Source of the DNA: Candidatus Pacebacteria bacterium CG_4_9_14_0_2_um_filter_40_15
Lineage (GTDB): Bacteria > Patescibacteriota > Microgenomatia > UBA1400 > PJMF01
Direction: 5' to 3'
Length of the DNA: 64,000 nt
NCBI GenBank assembly: GCA_002788675.1
Contig: PFRS01000005.1
Span: 3,731 to 67,730, forward strand
Shown piece by piece: positions 56,851 to 64,000 of the stretch (its first letter is position 1; the number at the start of each line of letters is the position of its first letter). The notes under the pieces were generated by a model, which saw only the letters and a list, made by a program, of their open reading frames with translations, did no database searches and was not told the DNA's origin. The translations under genes and the position numbers were made by a program.

Positions 56851-57936
56851 ATGCCGCAAATGAATTCAGCAGGTCCTAATTTGACCTACATCACTTTTAT
56901 AGCAAGGAAAGCTGTTATTTTCGGCTCTGTTGGTCTGGTAACCTTAATTGTAGGAAGAGTTGTTATAACCACGGCAGTTGCATGGTGGAAGACCATGAAT
57001 CCTCCACCTCCACCTCCACCAACAGTTGGTTTTGGTATCCTGCCAGCACTTACCTTTCCAGAACAAGATGCCGAAGACAAACCGCTGTCGTACAAACTTG
57101 AAACACCTAATGGAACTACACCTTACTTTTCTGATAGAGCCAAGGTCTTCTTAGTCCAACATGCTGCCCCAAATCTTCTAGCTGATGAAAACGCAAAAAA
57201 ACAAGCAGCCACCTATGGATACGTATTTGAACCAGATAAACTTCCAGGTAATATTTACCGTTGGTCAAAAACAACGCCAATTCAATCCACCTTTGAATAC
57301 AACATCTTATCTGGACACATGCGTCTTACTACAGACTATTTATCAAGACCTGAACTCCTTACTAATCCAGATCTTCCCACCGGTTTTGATGCTGTCAAAA
57401 AAGTAAAAGACTTTCTTAAAAAGGGGAGCCTGCTTGGTGCAGATATGGCAACTGCCTCAGGTGAGATTAGTTACTTAAAAGCGCTTGGTGATGACCTAGA
57501 AACTGCTGTATCTCCATCAGATGCAGATTTCATACAGGTTGACCTCAATCGCACTCCTATTGATTCTCAATACAGAATGTACACTCCCAATGGATTTGAA
57601 GGTATCGTCACAGCTATTCTTACAGGCAGTCTGCCTGATCAAGATATGATTGTGTATCTTAAGTCTGGCTACCACGTCATCGATTACTCGATTGTGCATA
57701 CGTATCCACTCAGATCATCGGCTGATGCATGGAAGCTGTTAAAAGCAGGCGAAGGGTATATTGCTGATCCTGGAGATGACGAGAATGTTGTGATTAGAGA
57801 TATACAACTTGGATATTTTGACACAAACGAGACACAAGATTACTTGCAACCCGTGTACGTTTTTTATAATCCTGAAGACGGATTCCTGGGATATGTTCCA
57901 GCACTCGATCCTCAATTCACCCAATCAGAACAATAG
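56851..57936 (+). CDS. Hypothetical single-TM exported protein with poly-Pro linker
   Basis: N-terminal TM, PPPPPPPTVGFGILP, C-terminal LGYFD...YLQPVYVF...GYVPAL. Confidence 0.75.
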   Translation: MPQMNSAGPNLTYITFIARKAVIFGSVGLVTLIVGRVVITTAVAWWKTMNPPPPPPPTVGFGILPALTFPEQDAEDKPLSYKLETPNGTTPYFSDRAKVFLVQHAAPNLLADENAKKQAATYGYVFEPDKLPGNIYRWSKTTPIQSTFEYNILSGHMRLTTDYLSRPELLTNPDLPTGFDAVKKVKDFLKKGSLLGADMATASGEISYLKALGDDLETAVSPSDADFIQVDLNRTPIDSQYRMYTPNGFEGIVTAILTGSLPDQDMIVYLKSGYHVIDYSIVHTYPLRSSADAWKLLKAGEGYIADPGDDENVVIRDIQLGYFDTNETQDYLQPVYVFYNPEDGFLGYVPALDPQFTQSEQ

Positions 57937-57961
57937 TTTAAGGTGTAGTATAATTGCATTC

Positions 57962-59398
57962 ATGAAAAATACAGACGTTAGAACTCGAATGGCCCCTAGT
58001 CCAACAGGCGATATGCATGTAGGTAGTATGGGTGTACTCCTCAAAAATTACGCTTTTGCTAAAAAAAATGGTGGAAAATTTATTTTACGCATTGAAGATA
58101 CCGATAAGGAACGTGAGGTTCCAGGAGCCATTGGCAGAATTCAAGATATTATAACGGCCTATGGTTTAGATTGGGATGAAGGACCAGGAAAAGGCGGTGC
58201 GTACGGTCCGTATATTCAATCTGAACGCATGCAGTTATATACAGACATGGCTAACGATTTAATCAAAAAAGGTAAAGCGTACTACTGCACCTGTTCAAGA
58301 GAGAGACTTGAAACACTCAGAGATTCTCAACGTGCCGCAAAAGTACCACCAAAATACGACAAATTCTGTCGAGATCGTCAGGATGAGGTTTCTCGGGAAA
58401 TTGCAGCTGGCAAAGATTACGTTATCCGTTTAAAGACACCAGACAATCAAGATGTTACTTTCACCGATCTGCTTAGAGGTAAAATTACCTTTAATACAGC
58501 CTCAATCGATGATCAAGTACTCCTTAAGTCTGATGGCTACCCAACCTATCACTTAGCTGTGGTTGTAGATGATCATAGTATGAATATCTCTCACATCATG
58601 CGTGGAGAAGAATGGATTAGTTCTACCCCAAAACATGTTCTTCTCTATCATGCATTCGAGTGGGATATGCCAGTGTTTGCCCATATGCCAATCTATTTAA
58701 ATCCAGATGGCAAGGGAAAGATGAGTAAACGAAAAGGCACCGTTTCTGCACAATCGTTCCTTGATAGAGGGTATCTTCCTGAAGCACTCTTAAATTTCTT
58801 CATGATCCTTGGCTGGGCACATCCAGAAGAAAAAGAAATTTTGACACTCGACGAGTACATTCAACACTTTGATCCCAAAGATGTCAGTTCAAAATCAGTT
58901 GTGTTTGATCTTAAAAAACTTGACTGGATAAATGGAATGTATATTCGCCAGTTATCACTCTCTGAACTTGAAACCAAAATAGCACCTTTTGTCCCAAATA
59001 CTTTCCCAACTGAAATGGTAAGTGGAGTTTTGCCTCTGATTCATGAAAGACTTGAAAAACTTTCAGACTTTGAAGAATTGACCACCTTCTTTATAGGTGA
59101 CATTGAAATACCAACGGACTTGTTACTTAAAAAAAGTACTGCTTCTGATGTTGCCCAACAGTTAGAACAGACAATTACAGGTCTTGAAGAATCAACAGAT
59201 TGGACCATAGAGTCAATTGAGACAGTAATTCGATCATTACAAGAAAAACACAACTGGAAACGAAATCAGTACTTTATGATGATCAGAGTCGCAACTACTG
59301 GTAAAAAAGCAACACCTCCATTGTTTGAAACTATGCAGCTTATAGGAAAACCAGGTATACTGGAACGATTAAGAACTGCTTTGCAAAACTGCAATTAG
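57962..59398 (+). CDS. gltX: Glutamate--tRNA ligase
   Basis: VRTRMAPSPTGDMHVG (HIGH), RIEDTD, YIQSER, CTC...C, DGYPTYHLA, RGEEW, KMSKR. Start reassigned to ATG 57962. Confidence 0.98.
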   Translation: MKNTDVRTRMAPSPTGDMHVGSMGVLLKNYAFAKKNGGKFILRIEDTDKEREVPGAIGRIQDIITAYGLDWDEGPGKGGAYGPYIQSERMQLYTDMANDLIKKGKAYYCTCSRERLETLRDSQRAAKVPPKYDKFCRDRQDEVSREIAAGKDYVIRLKTPDNQDVTFTDLLRGKITFNTASIDDQVLLKSDGYPTYHLAVVVDDHSMNISHIMRGEEWISSTPKHVLLYHAFEWDMPVFAHMPIYLNPDGKGKMSKRKGTVSAQSFLDRGYLPEALLNFFMILGWAHPEEKEILTLDEYIQHFDPKDVSSKSVVFDLKKLDWINGMYIRQLSLSELETKIAPFVPNTFPTEMVSGVLPLIHERLEKLSDFEELTTFFIGDIEIPTDLLLKKSTASDVAQQLEQTITGLEESTDWTIESIETVIRSLQEKHNWKRNQYFMMIRVATTGKKATPPLFETMQLIGKPGILERLRTALQNCN

Positions 59399-59414
59399 CA
59401 GTAAATAACAAATT

Positions 59415-60323
59415 ATGCCTGCCAACATATCAAAAGTCCAGCTTCTACTAGACCGAGAGCTTGAGAAAAAGATTACTGAAGCCCCATTAGAGCTCCGAAG
59501 CATTGAAGAACTCTTTTCCGAAGAAGGTGTTTTTAGGGGACCTGATGTCTTTATTCAAGATGATAGAGACGAGCCAGGCAATGTGCCGCCAAATACAGGT
59601 GAACCTAGTCCAAATCAACCAACTACTGTAAGTGATTCAGTAAATTCAATACTACAACAAGAAAAGAAAAATTCGCACCTTTTTTCACAAATATCTAAAG
59701 AGGAAACGGAAGATATCCTCGCTAAACTGTCAGATCTAGTGAGAATGCCACCCGGCCAGTTAGATTCAGAATCAGAACTCTATTTAGAACAACAACTCAG
59801 TGAGGTACTTGGTTTTCAGGTTAGCAGCGAATTAGAGGGACATCGCTTACTTTATAACACTGGAAAAGTCACAGCCATGCCACACATTAAACTGCACCCC
59901 ACAGATACTCTCCAGTCACATGCTCACCCATACGCTGGGCTCAGTAAACACAGAGGGGCTTACGGCTGGTTCCTCGAGCAAGGCAAAGTAAGTGATGAAT
60001 CTGAAAAACTAGAAAAATACTACTGTGCTCTACCTCTCTACTACTTTCCAGAATGGCAAACTGATTCTAAAGCAGTTAAAAAATGGTACAAACATACAAA
60101 AATTATCATACTAAATCCAATTGAAAACACTGCTGTAATCTGTGCTGTAGGTACTATCGGGCCCCTGACACAATCCCGATATCAATTTGGAGCATCACCT
60201 GAGACAATAATTGCTGGCAAAATCTGGAGTCCGCAAGCAGCTGGTAGAGTTCTAATCTTATTTATTGAAGACACTGAAAATACAATTCCACTTGGACCAA
60301 GAAAACTATTTAAAGAAATATAA
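59415..60323 (+). CDS. Hypothetical protein with possible RlpA-like double-psi beta-barrel C-terminus
   Basis: KIIILNPIENTAVICAVGTIGP...FGASPE resembles the DPBB strand pattern; acidic, probably disordered N-terminus. Confidence 0.6.
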   Translation: MPANISKVQLLLDRELEKKITEAPLELRSIEELFSEEGVFRGPDVFIQDDRDEPGNVPPNTGEPSPNQPTTVSDSVNSILQQEKKNSHLFSQISKEETEDILAKLSDLVRMPPGQLDSESELYLEQQLSEVLGFQVSSELEGHRLLYNTGKVTAMPHIKLHPTDTLQSHAHPYAGLSKHRGAYGWFLEQGKVSDESEKLEKYYCALPLYYFPEWQTDSKAVKKWYKHTKIIILNPIENTAVICAVGTIGPLTQSRYQFGASPETIIAGKIWSPQAAGRVLILFIEDTENTIPLGPRKLFKEI

Positions 60324-60327
60324 AGCT

Positions 60328-60657
60328 ATGAATACCCGAATACTGAGCACCACATTCATAGGAGAAGCCCTTGAAATTTCATTATTGGAAGATATTCTTG
60401 ATGCATACCCAGATGAGAATGAATCAGAACTACTCAAAAAAGTAATCGCCATTATAAGTTTAAGTACACTCAGTCTAGCTTTTGAAAGTATCGAAGATAT
60501 GCATCAAAAAGCTGCTTTTCTCTCAGCTGTACCCCAATTACTCTCACTAGAATTAACACTTTCAAACGTATCAAGATTTAGACCTGAATTACCACAAATC
60601 TTAACAGAACATATTACCCGGTCTTTGCTTTCACTCCGTACTAAACTTATCACCTAG
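60328..60657 (+). CDS. Hypothetical protein
   Basis: ATG 60328, 4 nt after the upstream stop; about 109 aa, helical. Confidence 0.65.
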   Translation: MNTRILSTTFIGEALEISLLEDILDAYPDENESELLKKVIAIISLSTLSLAFESIEDMHQKAAFLSAVPQLLSLELTLSNVSRFRPELPQILTEHITRSLLSLRTKLIT

Positions 60658-60713
60658 CTGCAGATCCTCATCTAGAATCTCTTGTAAAAATATAATAGAA
60701 TGACATTCGTGCT

Positions 60714-61103
60714 ATGATTCAAATTAATCTCTATATAGGCTCAAGATATCCCGTTAACCGTGCTAAACTTCGTGCTGCTGCAAAAGCGGTGCTTGCAAAC
60801 AATGGCATTTCGCATGCCCAAGTTGATATATCAGTTGTCGGAAAACGAAAAATTAAAGCACTGAACGAATCAAAGCTTAAACATGAAGGCACTACCGATG
60901 TGCTCTCTTTTCCAATTCATGAAAAACATAAATTAGATGATTTTCCACTTCCAGAAGGTATTCCGCCACATCTGGGCGACATTATGATTAGTTTTCCAGA
61001 AGCAGTAAACACAGCAAAAAAGTATGGCAAGATGGTTGATGACCAAATTTGTTTCTATCTCCAACACGGGATGATGCACTTGCTCGGGTACCATCACGAT
61101 TAA
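60714..61103 (+). CDS. ybeY: rRNA maturation endoribonuclease YbeY
   Basis: TDVLSFP, LGDIMIS, HGMMHLLGYHH. Confidence 0.93.
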   Translation: MIQINLYIGSRYPVNRAKLRAAAKAVLANNGISHAQVDISVVGKRKIKALNESKLKHEGTTDVLSFPIHEKHKLDDFPLPEGIPPHLGDIMISFPEAVNTAKKYGKMVDDQICFYLQHGMMHLLGYHHD

Positions 61104-61104
61104 T

Positions 61105-62742
61105 ATGTCATGGAATAGAAAATATCGACCTCAAAAAATTGCAGACTTACACCTAACAAGCGTAAGAGATAATTTACAATCACTCATAAATCAAAAGAAT
61201 ATTCCGCAGGTATTTCTCTTTGCAGGTCCAAAAGGCACGGGCAAAACAAGTTCTTCAAGAATTCTTGGGGCCGTACTTAATTGGTATAAAAATGCGGAAA
61301 TAGTAGAAAAAATTTTTGAGAAAAAAATAAATGGCTCTGATATAGCTGGCAACATTACCGATGATTACTCACTTGAAGATAATCCTAAAAAAGATACTGA
61401 TCAAAAAGCCTTCATTCAAAAGATTCTTAAAGGTAACTCGTTTGTTGTCCAAGAAATGGATGCAGCCTCAAATCGCGGTATAGACAACATACGTGAACTT
61501 AAAGAACGCATTGCTCTACCACCTCAAGAAGGAAATATGACAGTGTATATTCTTGATGAAGCTCACATGCTCACCACAGAAGCCTTTAATGCACTCTTAA
61601 AAGTGCTAGAAGAGCCTCCTGCACATGTTATTTTTATTCTTGCCACTACCGAACTTCATAAAATACCAGAAACCATCGTTTCAAGGTGTCATGTAGTTAC
61701 TTTCACCAAAGCTTCAACCAAAGAAATTATTGACTCTCTAGATAAAATACTAACATTGGAAAAAATAGTGGCAGACAAAGAGGCACTCCAAATAATTGCT
61801 GAGCATGCCGATGGGAGTTTTCGGGACGGTATTAAGTTGCTAGAAATGCTCACCAAAAATGGCAAACTAACTCTTGAATCTGTGACTACTGGCCTAGCAG
61901 CAACCTCTAAAGCGCAATTTATTGAACTCATCACTGCGATTACTTCAAAAGATGCAGAATCTGTTGTTACTCTATTTCAAAGCCTGAGAATGCAAGGAAC
62001 AAACGAGAAATACTTCCATACACAATTGGTCTCACTCTTACACCAAACACTACTATCACACCATGGCATTGGTTCTGCTCCATTCACACTTTCTGAAGCA
62101 GCCACCATCTTTTTACTTAAAGAATTTGTTTCATCAGATCTCTCTAGCATGAGTATCATTCCACTCTTACAGCTTGAACTTGCGTCATTAGAAATAATTT
62201 CACGAGCAAAGCAACAAAAATCAGCAAAAAAAGTACAATCAAAAGCCGAGCTTATGGGCCAGGTGCCAACCATCACACTTCCCATTGCATACTCAGATCA
62301 AGACAGTAATACGACCCCGACAAAAAAAGAAATTAAATCAAGGCAAACAATTGAGAAGGAATTGATAACATCGCAACCAGTCTCAGTTGCCACAGATAGT
62401 TCACTCCCACAAGGGGATGCACAAAAGATATATTCTGATTGGCATGGATTTGTTGATGAGGTATCAAAAGACAACTCTACAATTGGAGCACTACTCAGAT
62501 CAGCTCGCCCACTTTCAGCTCAGAAACATACCCTAGTAGTTGGTGTTTACTATACCTTCCATAAAGAGCAACTTTCAGAACATAAGTTTTTAACAAAAAT
62601 TCAGGATACCGTGACTGAATTCACCGGTGGTGTGATCGAATTCATTTTTGAACTGGTCTCTCCACCTCAAGTTGCTGAATTACACAACCCTTCGTCAGAG
62701 GTAAAAGACCTTGCCCAACTAGCCAGTGAGAGCTTGATGTAG
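61105..62742 (+). CDS. dnaX: DNA polymerase III subunit gamma/tau
   Basis: KYRPQ, GPKGTGKTS, EMDAASNRGID, ILDEAHML, FNALLKVLEEPP, TIVSRC, GSFRDG. Confidence 0.97.
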   Translation: MSWNRKYRPQKIADLHLTSVRDNLQSLINQKNIPQVFLFAGPKGTGKTSSSRILGAVLNWYKNAEIVEKIFEKKINGSDIAGNITDDYSLEDNPKKDTDQKAFIQKILKGNSFVVQEMDAASNRGIDNIRELKERIALPPQEGNMTVYILDEAHMLTTEAFNALLKVLEEPPAHVIFILATTELHKIPETIVSRCHVVTFTKASTKEIIDSLDKILTLEKIVADKEALQIIAEHADGSFRDGIKLLEMLTKNGKLTLESVTTGLAATSKAQFIELITAITSKDAESVVTLFQSLRMQGTNEKYFHTQLVSLLHQTLLSHHGIGSAPFTLSEAATIFLLKEFVSSDLSSMSIIPLLQLELASLEIISRAKQQKSAKKVQSKAELMGQVPTITLPIAYSDQDSNTTPTKKEIKSRQTIEKELITSQPVSVATDSSLPQGDAQKIYSDWHGFVDEVSKDNSTIGALLRSARPLSAQKHTLVVGVYYTFHKEQLSEHKFLTKIQDTVTEFTGGVIEFIFELVSPPQVAELHNPSSEVKDLAQLASESLM

Positions 62743-62790
62743 TAGAATTGACACCACAAGCAGTAGTAATGAAGTGTATAAAAGGAATAT

Positions 62791-63075
62791 ATGGCAAATC
62801 CATTTAAAGCATTAGGAGATATCAACAATCTTCGTAAACAGGCAAAACAAATGCAGGATGAACTTTCAGCTGAGACAATTCGTGTTGAAGAAGGTGACAT
62901 CGTTGTTGAAATAACTGGAGCACAAGAAATTAAAACTTTTTCTGTTCAAGGCATTTCGAGTGATGAAGCAGTAAACGTGCTTAATAAAGCAATTAAAAAG
63001 TCTCAAGAGTTAGCTGCAAAAAAACTTCAGTCAATGACAGGTGGACTTGGTGGGATGCTCGGAGGAGGAAATTAA
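62791..63075 (+). CDS. ybaB: YbaB/EbfC nucleoid-associated protein
   Basis: KQAKQMQDEL...VEITG...NKAIKKSQ...MTGGLGG; directly downstream of dnaX. Confidence 0.9.
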   Translation: MANPFKALGDINNLRKQAKQMQDELSAETIRVEEGDIVVEITGAQEIKTFSVQGISSDEAVNVLNKAIKKSQELAAKKLQSMTGGLGGMLGGGN

Positions 63076-63079
63076 CCTC

Positions 63080-63661
63080 GTGGAACTTTTGCTTGCGACA
63101 GCTAACAAAGGAAAAATCGCCGAGTTACAAACTCTGTGCAAATCTGCAAATATCATAGTTTACTCAATTAATGACGTCAATGTCCCTAATCTTGACGTAG
63201 AAGAAACAGGTAAGACATTTGCTGAAAATGCAGAGCTAAAAGCTCGTGCTTTTGCACAAGCTACCCAATTACCCGTTTTAGCAGATGATTCTGGACTCGA
63301 AGTCGATGCTCTTGGCGGCGCACCAGGTGTCAAGAGTGCTCGCTGGGTTGCGGGTAGTGATGAAGACAGAAATGCGGCACTTCTTACAGAACTAAGTGGT
63401 AGTACTAACAGAAATGCACGATTTAAAACGGTAGTTTGTTACCTCGCTACACCAGACTCAAATCCCCTCTTTTTTGATGGTGAAATATCTGGTACTATTG
63501 CTACCACGCCAACCGGTTCAGAAGGCTTTGGATATGATCCAATTTTCATTCCAAAAGGCTTTACAGAGTCATTTGCACAGTTAGGTGTAGAAACAAAGAA
63601 TCGACTCTCTCATAGAGCCAAAGCATTTGCCAAGGTGGTTGCTCACCTTCAAAAAAAATAA
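63080..63661 (+). CDS. rdgB: Non-canonical purine NTP pyrophosphatase (RdgB/HAM1)
   Basis: LATANKGK, EETGKTFAENA, ADDSGL, PGVKSAR, GFGYDPIF, KNRLSHR. Start GTG 63080 with GGAGG RBS. Confidence 0.96.
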   Translation: MELLLATANKGKIAELQTLCKSANIIVYSINDVNVPNLDVEETGKTFAENAELKARAFAQATQLPVLADDSGLEVDALGGAPGVKSARWVAGSDEDRNAALLTELSGSTNRNARFKTVVCYLATPDSNPLFFDGEISGTIATTPTGSEGFGYDPIFIPKGFTESFAQLGVETKNRLSHRAKAFAKVVAHLQKK

Positions 63662-63673
63662 TAGGAAGAGTTC

Positions 63674-64000
63674 ATGAAACAGGTTTATACTCCTTCAAAA
63701 AAGGTACTGGAAAATTACGCTAACGTGCTGGTTAATTTTGCACTAGGTGGCGGTCGTGGCATTAGCACTGGAGATGTAGTACAACTTGCAGTACCTGATA
63801 TTGCCACTCCTCTCGCACTTGAACTTCAGAATGCTGTGTTAAAAGCGGGTGGTCATCCGTTAGTAAGAATTGTACCGAGTAATTTTGATAAAGACTTCTT
63901 TGCCTATGCAGATACTGCCCAACTCACCTTTTTTCCAGAAGATTATCTAAGAGAAAAAGCTAAAATGCTTGACCACACCGTAAGCATCATAGCTGACATA
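63674..64000 (+). CDS. Aminopeptidase, M29 (AmpS/PepS-like) family, truncated by the window edge
   Basis: Translated by hand: MKQVYTPSKKVLENYANVLVNFALGGGRGISTGDVV...LKAGGHP...QLTFFP. Confidence 0.8.
   Translation, partial: MKQVYTPSKKVLENYANVLVNFALGGGRGISTGDVVQLAVPDIATPLALELQNAVLKAGGHPLVRIVPSNFDKDFFAYADTAQLTFFPEDYLREKAKMLDHTVSIIADI

Noticed and set aside
57001-57021. CCTCCACCTCCACCTCCACCA short tandem repeat
   Set aside because: It simply encodes the poly-Pro linker in frame; no sign of a contingency locus.
57809-57961. N-terminal extension of gltX in the ORF track; similar extensions for fcl, 30567, 36941, 49746 and rdgB
   Set aside because: They overlap neighbouring genes or promoters. 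Downstream starts fit the family N-termini and have -10, SD or stop-start coupling signals.
158-62900. The many 60-165 aa ORFs in the track that lie antisense to or nested in longer genes (e.g. 158-364, 9074-9571, 31078-31491, 46001-46372, 56007-56375)
   Set aside because: They overlap well-supported genes, lack recognisable motifs and are expected by chance.
1-64000. CRISPR array, integron attC array, IS/transposase, prophage, rRNA or tRNA
   Set aside because: I saw no regularly spaced repeats, recombinase, transposase or phage genes, and no structural RNA signatures. Intergenic gaps are short and mostly explained by promoters and terminators.
1-64000. Alternative genetic code (TGA=Gly, as in Gracilibacteria/Absconditabacteria)
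   Set aside because: Long ORFs are intact under code 11, and several genes end in TGA with ATGA coupling to the next gene.

Overview
AT-rich bacterial chromosome segment using the standard code (TGA acts as stop). Gene content and gene style suggest Patescibacteria/CPR, most like Microgenomates; this is an inference, not a database result. About 55 kb (1-55.5 kb) is one very large cell-surface glycosylation locus. It holds 17 polytopic GT-C-fold membrane glycosyltransferase-like genes (ArnT/PMT-, YfhO/PTPS-related- and PIG-V-like), 11 of them consecutive at 25.4-43.3 kb, plus 10 GT2 and 3 GT4 enzymes. Three of the GT2s look like polyprenol-phosphate-sugar synthases, with LAB_N and DUF2304 partner proteins nearby. 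The locus also has a Wzx flippase, an LCP ligase and nucleotide-sugar genes (UDP-glucuronate epimerase-like, galE, fcl, rmlBCD). An accessory patch at 6.4-13.2 kb interrupts it: small orphans, a degenerate acyltransferase-like gene, a repeat protein ending in an atypical kinase-like domain, fcl and an SPFH-like protein. The right end is housekeeping: trmD, gltX, ybeY, dnaX, ybaB/ebfC, rdgB and an M29 aminopeptidase. Many first genes appear leaderless (-10 box 5-9 nt before the start codon). Four stand-alone accessory genes instead share a promoter + boxA-like + Shine-Dalgarno + terminator layout. I found no rRNA, tRNA, CRISPR array or IS element. All product calls come from recognising motifs by eye.
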